Assembly (NCBI RefSeq): GCF_902713615.1
Contig: NC_052152.1
Location: 52,365,810 to 52,429,809, forward strand
Reading direction: 5' to 3'
From: Scyliorhinus canicula
Taxonomy: Eukaryota
DNA: 64,000 nt
In this document: positions 48,480 through 61,289 of the stretch, in pieces
How the letters are laid out: each line of letters begins with the position of its first letter
Position numbering within the stretch: the first letter of the stretch is position 1
The notes under the pieces: generated by a model
What the model saw: the letters and a program-made list of their open reading frames with translations, nothing else
Databases searched by the model: none
What the model was told of the DNA's origin: nothing
Program-made: the position numbers and the translations under genes

Positions 48480-50720
48480 ATTAAGGAAACTCATGTGCCA
48501 CTGTGAGTATGGTGTGAACTTATCAATGTGGACATGCTCACAGGAGGCCTAAAGAGCAATAACATCCAGGCCAATCTGAAGGCAATAGGCTGATGTGGAA
48601 GCAACCCTGTGATGAGGCTCAGTCATGGAAATGGCAGATTGCTTTTCCAGAGCTGACAGGGAAGGTCTATCAGATTTAAACAAGATGCGGGCCATGACAG
48701 CCAAGTTCACAGTATGAGAGCCAGAACATTAGATGCTACTATTGCCATAGTAGCAACCAGCCAACAGGCCTGTGGGAAAATCTGTTCTACCTAGATGGCA
48801 TGCGACATAGGAAACAGTAATTCCCAAGGTCGCAGTACAGCACTAAGTCACAGCCATGCACCAGGATAAAGTAGATCTAAAACTAGTTCAGGAATATGGA
48901 AATCCTCAAAATGCGCAGATGATAAATATGAAAACAGAAGTTGATGTTATCAAGCAGGAAGATCTATTCGGTCAATGAGCAAGAAAAACAGCAGCACATG
49001 GAAGATGAGAATAGGGCTGAAGATACAATTCCAGTGCCGGAGATTCACAACTTACTTTCACTGTTGATAGTGTCTGTTACCTCAGAAAGAATGCACAAGA
49101 AATCCCCATAATAATTTCCTTATGCAAATCTGGTGTGAAGCTGACTATTAGTGGAACAACAATATTCCACTGCTATGTTAAGAGTGGATATGAAGAAGTA
49201 TCCTCTTGTCACTTATAGTAGTAGGAGGAAATAAAGTCTCCCTGAATGGAAATATTTGGCTTATATGATAAAATTGGGCAAAGTTTTTTTTTTACAGTAG
49301 GGCTCATGAAGTCTATCACTGAAGAAGTGCCAAAAGAGCACTCAGCCAATGTGGTCTTTGAGCAGGGAGGACCAAATGATAAAACTAGCCATCAATATGA
49401 TATTAAATACAATTCAGCAGGCCATGCTAATACAGATGTGCTTTCAAGATTTCCTGTGAACATTACCACTGAGTTCACTTTACATGCACAAATGAACTGC
49501 CAAAGTAAGGTGGTGATGAAACACGCAAGGATATGGTGTTCAGTAAAGTGCTCAATTCTATCATAAACACTGGCCTAAACAAGATGAGAAATTGTAGGAG
49601 TATTTCGCATGTAGAAATAAACCAAATGCAGATCAAGATTGTCTCATTATTTTGCCAATGTTTTGAGCGAGATTGTTGGAGAGCACAAAAGATAGCCGAT
49701 ATGAAAGAATGAGCAAAAAGCTATTTCTGGTAGCCAAGAGGTAGATGAAGATTTTGGAAGAGTTGGTAAAACGTGAAGCACATCTCATGAATGAGAACGA
49801 TCCAACAAAGATTCCTGTCATTCCATGGTCAAACACAAGAAAACTGTGGGAATGAGTACGTGTCAATTACTCAAGTCAAAGAGAAAGTGGACCTTGCTTT
49901 GGTCGATAGCTATTACAAGTGCTCAAAATTTCAAGTTAGCTTGCAATTTCCAAGTTGCCAGAGGTGTTTGCATCAGATAATGGTCTACAGTTTATATCAA
50001 AAGATCCTGAATATTTCGGAGTAAGTGTGCAGTCAAACACACTCCAATATCACATCACCTGCAGAATGAATTACACAGATCATGAAGAGATCTTTGCAGA
50101 AGTATTTGCTAGGTGATGAGCTAGTCAGTAATTTTCCCCCTTCCCTTTGGCAGACTGGACAATTTTCTATCCCTTACGGAATAACCAGTCTACAACCGGT
50201 TGCTTACCTTATTAGTTAGTGTTTAAACACACACTTGGAATAAGTTTCAGTTTGCTCTAGTCTGACACCAGTAGCAAAGTACGAAAACAGCAAGACAAAA
50301 TGATGAGGAGTCATGATACAGGAGGGATGAAACCTAAAAAGGAATTCAGAGCTGGTTTAAAGGTTGTGGCAATAGACCACGGTGATGAGGAGAAGTGTGT
50401 GATTTGAATTGTAGGAAAGAAACCAGGTACATTTACACATCTAATGAAGATTGGAGAGAGATTACATCAGTGTCGTGCAGATCATTTCTTGAAAGGGGAA
50501 ATCCAACAAAGGGAGAGCAGTCGAAAACCCCTGTCGTCCAAATTCCTCCGACAATACAAACTACAGTCAGAAAGAAACAAAGTTTTCCAGTACAGAAACC
50601 ACTGGTCGACCAACTGGTCTTTGGTTGGGACTGTGACACTGATTTGGCTTAATCATTCAGTGGAGATGGTAGCCAAAGTTCAGTCTCACAGTCAAGACAA
50701 AAGCCAGGTTGGTTAATGAA
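48480..50720 (+). mobile_element. Highly decayed Ty3/Gypsy remnant (gag; RNaseH-integrase)
   Basis: LRKLMCHCEYG (gag-like), HANTDVLSRFP, IPVIPW, HQ.VYSLYQ (DNG region); RT missing. Confidence 0.55.
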
Positions 50721-51386
50721 AGTATGTAGGAGGGAGTTTAAAAAAATTATTTGTCAAATGAAGATAAGGAAACACATTTCACATGTATATTATTCTGGTA
50801 GTACCAGTCAGTTGTGTTTTGGTTGAGAATACAGGAAAAACAAGTAGACAAGCCAATCTGTTAAATGTCAAGCATTGATATTGATTTATTCACATTGTAC
50901 TGTGAAAATATGTACCTGTATCATTTTTACATTTTAATGTACAAGTTGTTTTTAAGTGGGGAGTATGGTATCTTTCAAGAACTCAGTATTGTTATATTGC
51001 CCTCTCTGTTTGGACGTGTAAATAAAGTTAGTTCAATAATGGCCACCTGCAGCTGAGCATGTGTTAGTCAGTAATATCCATGCTTAAATCATTTACAGTA
51101 ATTTTTTATTTTTTTTTTTTTTAATTGCTATTTTCAACATAATAGCCCTGAGGTGCTTCAACCTCCCCCCCCCCCCCCCCCCCCCCAAACCTCCATTCTG
51201 ACAGCAGTCATTTCTTCTACTCTTCAAACAAGCCAGTCCCAGATTTATCCCAAATTCCCATAACTTTAAATGTTTAAAAGACATATTTACAGAACATTTA
51301 TGGAAAGCCTTTTTGAAGTTGAAGGATGCCACAACATGGGACTGGTCATAAATGGGCTGTCAGTTGCTCAAAAAAAAGTTAAAATA

Positions 51387-51744
51387 GGGCAGCACGGTAG
51401 CATTGTGGATAGCACAATCGCTTCACAGCTCCAAGGTCCCAGGTTCGATTCCGGCTTGGGTCACTGTCTGTGCGGAGTCTGCACATCCTCCCCGTGTGTG
51501 CGTGGGTTTCCTCCGGGTGCTCCGGTTTCCTCCCACAGTCCAAAGATGTGCAGGTTAGGTGGATTGGCCATGATAAATTGCCATTAGTGTCACAAATTGC
51601 CCTTAGTGTTGGGTGGGGTTACTGGGTTATGGGGATAGGGTGGAGGTGTTAACCTTGGGTAGGGTGCTCTTTCCAGGAGCCGGTACAGACTCGATGGGCT
51701 GAACGGCCTCCTTCTGCACTGTAAATTCTATGAAATTCTATGAA
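51387..51744 (+). mobile_element. Full-length HE1-type V-SINE
   Basis: gggcagcacggtagc head, B-box ggttcgattcc, V-domain, tail ending (aaattctatg)2. Confidence 0.95.
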
Positions 51745-53119
51745 ACATGCCATACTACATCCATGTTGACTGCTGTTTACTAGATTGTTGTTGTACAGAA
51801 GATGCTCACGTTTACTCCTGATAATTCTATTATGTCAAATGGAATGGAAACAAGACTCATGGGTCTTTCATTGCTCTTGCCTGCTGTCACTCTATGAATA
51901 TGGGCACCACTTCTAATCTACTGGTACCTTTCTATCGTCCAGCGGTCCGTTTTGGCTACAGTCAATGACTGCAGATGTGTTCCCTCATTTCTCCAAATAC
52001 TCTAGGATAAATAACACCTCTCCAGAAGGAATTATTTGTTTTAGGCGAAATAACCTGACCAGAACTTAAGCTTATTTATTATGGATATTGATTTTACTGT
52101 TGTTATGGATGTTTGGAAACAGTCATGCTGTTCTCATCTCTCCTTGTAAACACTTGATGAAGGGGGAAGGGGAGAGACAGCAGAAAGGGAACACACATTA
52201 ACAGCAATACCCAAGGGAGGGCAGCAAATCAGCAGAACACTGATGAGAAACACCATTATATCTTAAACACCTCAGAGAAAGTAGCACTATTGTCAGCAAT
52301 ACACAGATGATAGAAGCACCATCAGGAGCACACTTGTGCGTTAAAATTAGTGGATTAAAATTTACCGAGAGCAGGGATGTTATCACCATCAACCACTGTG
52401 ACTCACGAGGCACAGGAAATTTAACTCTCCTGATGTTAAGGCAAACACTATTATTTCTAAGAGTTGAACTAAGCTAGTGCTGCCAGAGGGAACCATACTG
52501 TCCCCCCATACTAAAGACCATGTGTCCAAGAGAGCTTGATCAATAACATTAGATCATTTACATAATTGACATCCTGCACCCTGAACATGACGGGAAATGG
52601 CCAGATTTAAGAATTGTCAGGGGCTTTCTAAAATTGTGTGTGTGCAGCTCCAGTGTAGGAACTGAAGCAGCTGGTCTGGAGAAAAATAAAATACTGGCTC
52701 TTTAAGAGCATTGTTTACATCAATATTTAGTTGGCGTACAAGGAAGAGAAACAGTACACCGGTGACTGGTGGCAAGTGAGACGGTCAACATACAAATTCA
52801 GGAGCTTAACCTATGAAGCAAACAGATGAAGAGGGTCCCTGATTTGTGCAAGTGTTGCAGATTTCCAGTTGGGGTTCAGATGTCTGCTTGAATAAGGGCC
52901 ATGTCCAAATGCTGAAAATTCTAAATCACAGGGTAGACTGGAGCAAAAGTCCTTCAGCTTGGTAGCATCTTTCTAGAGTATGAATTCTCCCTTTATAACA
53001 CTAGCTTTATTATTCTGGGGTTGCTAGGATGGCTGTCTGCATTGTAGCTGCTCCCGACAGTTCCTGATTTTGGGAAGTAACAAAAATTATTCCTAAAACT
53101 ATCAAAATAAAATACTTCC

Positions 53120-54699
53120 TTAGCCGGTGAATTCTCCACCGAGAATGTCAACTTTCATGCCTCCCGGGCTTGCCCACAGTTAGAATTTTTTAATCACTGG
53201 GGAGCTGAACGCGCTGGACAGACTAGTTCCTCCGAGATCGGGCCACCATTTTAAAAGGGCACCCTGATCTCCAAGTGAGCTTGAGGGTCCCACACCCTCC
53301 CCATCCATGAGCAATATTACCCCCCACACACATGGGCATAATCCCACACACCTCCAAGTGAGGACACACCACTATCAGGTCGCTGAGGGCCCCTCCCTTT
53401 CCAGGACCCCCCAACCTTCAGACCCCCCACCCCCCCTTTCATGAGTATGGGGCTCCAAGGCCCTGATACTTGGTAGTGCCACAATGCACCATGGCGGTGA
53501 AACCCTGGCAGTGCAATCCATGCACCCTGGTAGTGTCAGGATGGCAGTGCCAACGTGCCAGTCTGACAGTGCCAAGGTGCCTGGGTACCAGGGAGATGAG
53601 CCAGGGTGACCCCTACCTTGTCACTGACCACACACGGACCTCCAATGGCCTGAGACATCCCGCCTGGTGCTGTTCCACCTGTGCACCTTTGCTTGGACCA
53701 GTGCTAATCAGCATTTTGGAAGATACAATTCAAGAGCAGACTTTCCAGTCAATGGAAGAGTCCTGGGGAAAATTGATGTACAGAGAGATCTGGGAGTTCA
53801 GGTCCACTGTACCCTGAAGGTGGCAACGCAAGTCGATAAGAGTGGTTAAGAAGGCATATAGCATGCTTGCCTTCATCGGACGGGGTATTGAGTACAAGAG
53901 TCAGCAGGTCATGTTACAGTTGTATAGGACTTCGGTTAGGCCACATTTGGAATACTGCAGTTCTGGTCGCCACATTACCAGAGAGGGTGCAGAGGAGGTT
54001 CACCAGGATGTTGCCTGGTATGGAGGGTGCTAGCTATGAAGAAAGGTTGAGCAAGGTTAGGATTGTTTCCATTGGAAAGACGGAGGTGGAGGGGGGGACC
54101 CGATTGAGGTCTACAAAATTATGAGAGGTATGGACAGGGTGGATAGCAACAAGCTTTTTCCAAGAGTGGGGGTGTCAATTACAAGGGGTCACGATTTCAA
54201 GGTGAGAGGGGGAAAGTTTAAGTGAGATGTGCGTGGAAAGTTTTTTTACGCAGAGGGTGGTGGGTGCCTGGAACACTGCCAGTGGAGGTGGTAGAGGCGG
54301 GCACGATAGCATCATTTAAGATGCATCTAGACAGATATATGAATGGGCGGGGAACAGAGGGATGTGGATCCTTGGAAAATAGGCGACAGGTTTAGATAAA
54401 GGACCTGGATCAGCGCAGACTGGTAGGGTCGAAGGGCCTGTTCCTGTGCTGTAATTTTCCTTGTTCTTTATCCAGCTATGATCTCCCTGGGGAGGCTAAT
54501 AAATACCGGCGGTTGGCTACATCCGGCGTCAGCATGATTAAATGGGTTCTTAAACCACGGGACCCAGATTACAATAAGAGATCTGGTGAGATCTTACGAG
54601 GCACAACGGCTGTTGGGAAGCCTGGGGGATGCCTCTCCTGGCATCTACGGGTCACGTCATGCTCCTATTCTGGCGGGACACAGCCAGTAAATCACGCCC
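53120..54699. mobile_element. Harbinger-like non-autonomous element split by a CR1
   Basis: Right end gtaaatcacgccc; interior resembles the 45102 element; left end uncertain. Confidence 0.45.
53716..54470 (+). mobile_element. CR1 LINE 3' fragment
   Basis: VKKAYSMLAFIGRGIEYKS..VMLQLYRTSVRPHLEYC; tail gaagggcctgttcctgtgctg. Confidence 0.92.
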
Positions 54700-55129
54700 C
54701 GAGACCAACCATGAAAAAGCTGCCTCCTTTTTCTCACTAGCTTAAAGGTCCACCCCGATAGTGGCAGCAGCATATCTACAACAGGCCTTCCCAAACTGTA
54801 GGTCGTGTCTCCAGTGGGAACTCGACAAGATTGAGGTTGTGAGCTCCGAGGCAGCAATAGGCTGAATGTTGACAGATGTGGGACTCCTTTAAATCCTCGC
54901 AGTTACCCACCTCCAAATGGTGGCATGGTCTAACTGACCAATCTTTGAGACCTAATTACTGCTCCAAAAAGCTAGTGAATAGGTAGGCAATTTTATTTTA
55001 GAAACCCAGTAATTAAAAAACGGCATCTCCATCCTTGCTCTCTCAACCGTGTCTCCTGCCCTTGTTAATACCTCTTGTCTCACATGGCGGTCACAGTAAT
55101 CTTCAAGTCTCAAAATGGGGTCACAGTGG

Positions 55130-55480
55130 GAAAGGTTTGGGAAGCACCAATCTACAAGATGCACTGCAGCAACTCCTCCAAAAGCACCTTCAACAGCATC
55201 TTTCTAAAGTTACAACCTCTGTCAAGGAGAAAGACAAGGGCAGATCATAGAATCACAGAATTTAGAGTGCAGTAGGAGCCATTCGGCCCATCGAGTCTGC
55301 ACCAGCCCTTGGAAAGAGCACCCTACTTAAGCCAGGCTTCCACCCTATCCCCGTAACCCAGTAATACGACCTAATCTTTGGACACTAAGGGGCATGGGAA
55401 CACCACCACCTCGGGTTCCCCTCAAAGCCACACACCATCTTGATTTGGAACTATATTGCCGATCTGTCACTGTGGCTGGG
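55130..55480 (+). mobile_element. LINE 3' fragment (RSg-1-like, as recalled) interrupted by a SINE tail
   Basis: ctacaagatgcactgcagcaactc...catgggaacaccaccacc...cttgatttggaactatattgcc. Confidence 0.5.
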
Positions 55481-55845
55481 TCAATTTTCTTTTCAATAAA
55501 TGTAGAGTACCCAATTACTTTTTTTCCCAATTAAGGGGCAAATTAGCATGGCCGATTCACCTACCCTGCACATCTTTAGCCTGTGGGGGTGACTGACACA
55601 CACTTTCTCCTCGTGTCTGCGTGGGTTTCCTCCATGTGCTTCGGTTTCCTCCCACAGTCCAAAGGTGTGCAGGTTAGGTGGATTGGCTATGCTAAATTGC
55701 TCCTTGTTCAAAAACATGATGTGTAGTTTAGGTTAAGGGATTATTGGGTTAGGGCAGGGAAGTGAGTCTGGGTGGAATACTCTGAAAGAGGGTCGGCGTA
55801 GACTCGATGGACCAAATGGCCTCCTTAGGCACTGTGGGGATTCAA
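55247..55845. mobile_element. Cluster of V-SINE fragments incl. a head-to-head junction
   Basis: Minus tail 55247-55395, minus V-domain 55490-55590, plus body and tail 55598-55845. Confidence 0.8.
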
Positions 55846-56244
55846 TTAAAAAAATGGAATCTGTAACGTTCACTCAAGAGGCATTTGGCATCTCCATTTA
55901 ATATCTCGACTGAAAAACACTCCCTCAGACAGTACAACACTCAAGTGCTCGTGGCTCCCAGTTAAGTAAGGACAGCCAAGGTCTGCTGACAAGTGGGTAC
56001 AAATGGCTATATCCATGGCATCCTTGAAGTTCCACATCTTTTTGAAGGAAAGATTTATTAATGTGATTTTCAAAACCCATACCCATATAGTGCTGAGTGG
56101 AATCTATTACACTGCTTGTTTTGATAGAGGTATGACACTTATAATGGAAACAGTCACAACGATGGTGGTGGCAGAAGGTAGTTAAGTAGATCCTTGGAGC
56201 TTTGCGCGCGTTACCTCAATCCTGGGTTTAGTTTGTTAGCTAAC

Positions 56245-56461
56245 TGTGGTAAATCACTGTTACACCTGTATTTGGTGATGTAAAGTAGGACCTGTACTAC
56301 AGGTTCGCCGGTAGTCCCTGCCTGCTAGCTCCGCCCAGTAGGAGGAGCGTGTCCACTATTCAGCAACCATTTTGCCAGCTGCTGTGGGAGGCCACACATC
56401 TTACTGCAATAAAGCCACAGTTGTGTCCAACCTTAGTCTTTGTACAATTGATCGTGCATCA
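56245..56461 (+). repeat. 5' LTR (217 bp)
   Basis: TGTGGTAAATCACTG...GATCGTGCATCA; contains AATAAA. Confidence 0.95.
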
Positions 56462-56488
56462 ATTTATTGCAGTAAGATTTTCTAAAAG

Positions 56489-59400
56489 ATGGACCTCCGA
56501 ATCAAACCACATCGTCTGCAGCTGGATCCGCAATCAAGTGATGCCAGAAAGGACTTTAATCACTGGCTAGCTTGCTTAGAGGCCTATATCAACTCAAGTG
56601 ACCACCCCTCCAACGGAGGCTCAGAAGATACAGATCCTGTACTCAAGGTTGATCTCCAACATGTTTCCGCTGATCCAGGACGCCCTGAATTACACAGGTG
56701 CCATGGCTCTCCTCAAAAGAAAACTATGCACAGAAAACGAACATACTCTTCGTCAGGCAAGTACTCGCCACTCACTCTCAACTCCCTGGCGAGTCCATAG
56801 AAGACTTCTGGCGGGCCCTAATCCCACTCGACCGGGACTGTGACTGTCAGGCCGTTACGGCCACCGAGCATTCCAACCTTCTTATGCACGATGCGTTTGT
56901 AACGAGGATTGGGTCGGACCTCATACTCCAAAGACTGTTAGAAGGGGCCACGCTCGACCTAGCTGAGACTAAAAAGCTAGCACTCTCCATGACGGTCACC
57001 TCACGTAATACTCAGGCCTACCACTCCGACCGCACGGCCCACTCCTCCTATCCCTCGTGGACCCCACAGACGGCCGCCCCAGCCGGGGCTTTACCCAGCC
57101 AGTACGCCTGCGCCACACGCCAACCCGCGCACCCCGGGGGGTCCCCGATGTTAGTTCTGCGGCTAGCAGAAGCACCCCCACCAACGCTGCCCAACCGGCA
57201 CTGCCATTTGCAAGGATTGCGGCAAAAAGGGGCACTTCGCTGCGGTGTGCCAGGCCCGCAGTCGCCGCTATCGCCCCCTCCCCCGACCTACACACAATGG
57301 GTGCCGCCATCTTAGTCCCGGACCACGCGCTCCCAGTGGGCGCCACCATCTTCACCTCCCCGGACCACGCGCGCCCAGTGGGCGCTGCCATCTTCACCTC
57401 CCGGGTCCACGCGCTCCCAGTGGGCGGCGCCATCTTCGCCATGCACGGCCCATGAGCGCCGCCATCTTTCTCCCCCACTCAGTCCACGTGCGGCCCATGG
57501 GCGCCGCCATCTTGTCCAGCCCCCGCAACATGCAGCCCATGGCGTCACCATCTTGTCCAGCTCCCACAACGTGTAGCCCATGGGCGCCACCATTTTGTCC
57601 CTGGCAGGATCTTCAGGCACCGCCATCCTGTCTTCCCCACAGAGTATGAACGCCGACAGCATTCCACAACCTGGGCCCCCTACGCTCTCCATCTTCTGAC
57701 GCCAGCGATGACCGACCGCAGCTCGCCTCAGTGACGATTGACCAGTCTCGTCCACACAACCTGGCCACCGCTTCGACCAGTGTGAGAATGAACGGTCACG
57801 TGACCTCTTGCCTGCTGGACTCCGGGAGCACCGAAAGCTTCATCCACCCCGATACGGTGAGGCGCTGCTCCCTTGCGGTCCACCGCGCCAATCAAAGAAT
57901 CTCCCTGGCCTCCGGATCCCATTCCGTCACGATCCGGGGGTTCTGCACAGTCACGCTCACGGTCCAGGGCGTAGAATTCAGTGGCTTCTGCCTCTACGTC
58001 GATCTTAATCTCTGCGCTGCACTACTACTAGGCCTGGACTTCCAGTGCAATCTCCAGAGCCTTACCCTCAAATTCGGCGGGCCCTACCACCCCTCAAAGT
58101 GTGTGGCCTAGTGACCCTAAAGGTCGACCCACCCTCCCTCTTTGCCAATCTAACTCCGGATTACAAACCCGTTGCCACCAGGAGCAGACGGTACAGCACC
58201 CAGGACAAGACCTTCATCAGGTCCGAGGTCCAGCGGTTGCTTCGGGAAGGCATCATCGAGGCCAGCAACATCCCCTGGAGAGCCCAAGTAGTAGTCGTTA
58301 AAACTGGGGAGAAACACAGAATGGTCATAGACTTCAGCCAGACCATCAATCGGTACACGCAGCTCGACGCATACCCACTCCGCGCATATCTGATATGGCC
58401 AGATTGCGCAGTACCGGGTCTTCTCAATGACAGACCTCAAATCCGCCTACCACCAGCTCCCCATTCGTAAATCGGACCGTCCATACACTGCTTTCGAGGC
58501 AGACGGTCGTCTCTATCACTTCCTCAGGGCTCCCTTTGGTGTCACTAACAGGGTCTCGGTCGTCCAAAGGGAGATGGACCTAACGGTCGACCGGTACGGT
58601 TTGCGGGCCACCTTCCCATACCTAGACAATGTCACCATCTGCGGCCATGATCAGCAGGGCCACGACGCCAACCGTGCCAAATTCCTCCACACCGCCACTC
58701 TCCTCAACCTCACCTACAACAAGGAGAAATGAGTGTTCAGCACAATCCGCTTAGCCATCCTCGGCTATGTGGGCCAGAATGGAGTTCTGGGGCCCGATCC
58801 CGACCGCATGCGCCCCCTCATGGAGCTTCCCCTTCCCCACTGCCCCAAGGCCCTCAAATGCTGCCTGGTGTTCTTCTACATCCAGTGGGTCCCAAACTAT
58901 GCGGACAAGGCCCGCCCACTCATTCAGTCCATCCACTGGCCTTCGCCCGTATCAGAGCTGATATAGCCAAGGCCGGGACGCACGCAGTAGATGAGACACT
59001 GCCCTTCCAAGTAGAAAGCGATTCATCAGATGTCGCACTTGCCGCCACCCTCAGTCAGGCAGGCAGGCCCGTGGCATTCTGTTCCCGCACCCTTCATGCT
59101 TCAGAAATTCAGCACTCTTCTGTCGAAAAAGAGGCCCAAGCTATCACTGTAGCTGTGTGGCATTGAAGGCATTAAGTGGCCGGCAGGTGATTCACTCTCC
59201 TCATTGACCAACGGTTGGTAGCCTTCATGTTTAACAACACGCAGCGGGGCAAGATCAAAAACGATAAAATCTTGCTGTGGAGAATCGAGCTCTCCACCTT
59301 TAATTACGAGATTTTGTATCGCCCCAGCAAACTCAACAAGCCCCCAGACACCCTACCCCGAGGTACATGTGCCAGCGCACATGTAGACCGACTCCGGGCC

Positions 59401-60480
59401 CTACACAACAGCCTTCGTCACCCAGGGGGTCACACGATTGTACCATCTTGTCAAGGCTCGCAATCTGCCCTACTCAGTCGAAGAAGTACCGACAGTCGGC
59501 AGGGGCTGCCAGGTCTGTGCGGAGTGCAAGCTGCACTTCTACCGGCCGGACCGAGCGCGCCTGGTGAAGGCCTCCCACCCCTTTGAACGCCTCAGCGCGG
59601 ATTTCAAAGGGCCCCTCCCCTCCACCGACCAAAACACGTATCTTCTCAGCGTGGTCGATGAGTACTCCAGATTCCCCTTCGCCATCCCATGCCTCGATAT
59701 GACATCTGCCACCGTCAAAGCCCTAAACACTATCTTCGCTCTGTTCAGCTTCCCCGTCTACATCCACAGTGACAGGTGACCCTCATTCATGAGTGATGAG
59801 TTGTGTCAGTTCCTGCTCAGCAGGGGCATCGCCTCCAGCAGGACGACCAGCTATAATCCCCGGGGAAACGGGCAGGTTGAAAGGGAGAATGGGACGGTAT
59901 CGAGGGCCGTCCAACTGGCCCAACGGTCCAGGAACCTCCCAGCCTCTCGCTGGCAGGAGGTCCTCCCTGATGCACTAGACTCCATTCGGTCACTACTGTG
60001 CACCGCTACGAATAACACACGCCATGAACATCTTTTTGCCTTCCCCAGGAAGTCCACATCTGGGGTGTCGCTCCCCACTTGGCTCGCAGCTCCAGGACCG
60101 GTCCTGCTCCATAGGCATGTCCGACTCCACAAGGCGGACCCGTTGGTGGATAGGGTTCACTTGCTCCATGCCAACCCCCAGTATGCCCATGTGGTGTACC
60201 CCGACGGCTGCCAAGATACTGTCTCCCTCAGGGACCTGGCACCAGAAGGTTCCACCAAAACACACTTCTCTGGTCCGGCACCACCCTCCCCTCCCCCGGT
60301 GCTCCCAACATTAACCCCACCAGGACCATCCCTCCTTCCCCTGCCCACGCCAGAGGATGAAGAGGATTTCGACACAGTTCCGGAGTCATCCAACATCAGG
60401 CCAGCATCGACATCGCCGACACCGCTACGTTGCTCCCAGCGGAACGTCAAGGCACCAGACCAGTTGAATCTCGAACTGGC
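56489..60480 (+). pseudogene. Frameshifted gag-pol polyprotein of the Gypsy element
   Basis: MDLRIKP..; CKDCGKKGHFAAVC knuckle; LLDSGSTESF protease; DLKSAYHQL, PFG, YLDNV RT; ESDSSD RNaseH; CQVCAEC, DFKGP, VDEYSRF, HSDR, YNPRGNGQVER integrase; several frame breaks. Confidence 0.92.
57295..57630 (+). repeat. Imperfect ~42-bp tandem array inside the gag-protease linker
   Basis: Nine copies of a (g)ccgccatctt-like core at 57303, 57342, 57384, 57426, 57458, 57503, 57544, 57586, 57619. Confidence 0.9.
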
Positions 60481-60597
60481 ACCGGACTTTCAAAAGGACA
60501 ATTTTTTTCTTTTCCCTGATAAAACACTGTACATAAATTCACTACTGTATATAGTTCTCCACCACCCCTGCCGGACTCATTTTTAATAGGGGGTGAA

Positions 60598-60771
60598 TGT
60601 GGTAAACCACTGTTACACCTGTATCCCCTGCCTGCTGGCTCCACCCAGTAAGAGGAGCATGTCCTCTATTCAGCAGCCATTTTGCCAGCTGCAGCAGGAG
60701 GCCACACATCTTACTACATTAAAGCCACAGTTGTATCCAACCTTAGTCTTTGTACAATTGATCGTGCATGA
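60598..60771 (+). repeat. 3' LTR (174 bp, 43-nt internal deletion)
   Basis: TGTGGTAAACCACTG...GATCGTGCATGA; ~15 substitutions vs the 5' LTR, counted by eye. Confidence 0.95.
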
Positions 60772-61289
60772 CTAACATGGGCTCATAATACTGTGTAACA
60801 AGGGCTTGGCCTCACTTAAAAAGATTTCACTGTTGTTCTGCCAGCGCTTATAACTGAGTCAGAATAACGAATAAGAGTCCAGGCAGTTAGTGAGATTCAG
60901 AATTTCCAATTAACCATACAACCAAGTGCTTACTTAGGAACACATTTTCCATTTCAAAAAGAGATGTGCAGACACTGCACAAATTTCAATCAAGGGGACC
61001 ATAATTTAGTGCATTCCTCATTGAAGTTTTTACCTGGTCTAACCAGGATTAGGCAAAGAAATCTAATATTCACAAATGAGACGCTGCCAAGGTTCCCAGT
61101 GAGTTCACGGATGCTTTTGTTTCAATAACAAAATATATATTTCAAAAAACAAATCATTGTGGCCGAGTTTAAATTACGGTATTAATTTAAACCTTGGGAG
61201 GATTCATTTGCCCAGTTCTTCACCCTTAATTCCATTTCTTGGTCCTTTGTCCATGTATTACTTTCTGTTTTTTCAAATACTAATCCAAT

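Larger units (their letters stand above)
56245..60771 (+). mobile_element. Complete, decayed Ty3/Gypsy LTR retrotransposon (4527 bp)
   Basis: 5' LTR 56245-56461 (TG..CA); 3' LTR 60598-60771; 5-bp TSD CTAAC on both sides; PPT aggggg..gaa at 60588-60597; gag-PR-RT-RH-IN order. Confidence 0.96.

Noticed and set aside
14812-51187. Multiple long poly-C/poly-G runs (e.g. 14812, 20170, 26060, 45592, 46657, 51166)
   Set aside because: Mostly expansions of SINE linkers or simple homopolymers whose length is unreliable in assemblies; no pattern beyond low complexity.
52239-52252. CTGATGA followed by GAAA (hammerhead-like words)
   Set aside because: No stem II between the core motifs and no stem I/III pairing.
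9245-55845. tRNA-like A/B boxes at many sites
   Set aside because: All are SINE heads with no cloverleaf or anticodon arm, so no tRNA gene is called.
57295-57630. CRISPR-like repeat/spacer appearance
   Set aside because: Eukaryotic retrotransposon context; the spacers are homologous to each other, so this is a tandem repeat, and there are no cas genes.
56996-57755. Several 130-160 aa overlapping ORFs on both strands
   Set aside because: By-products of the GC-rich ~42-bp tandem array inside the Gypsy element, not independent genes.
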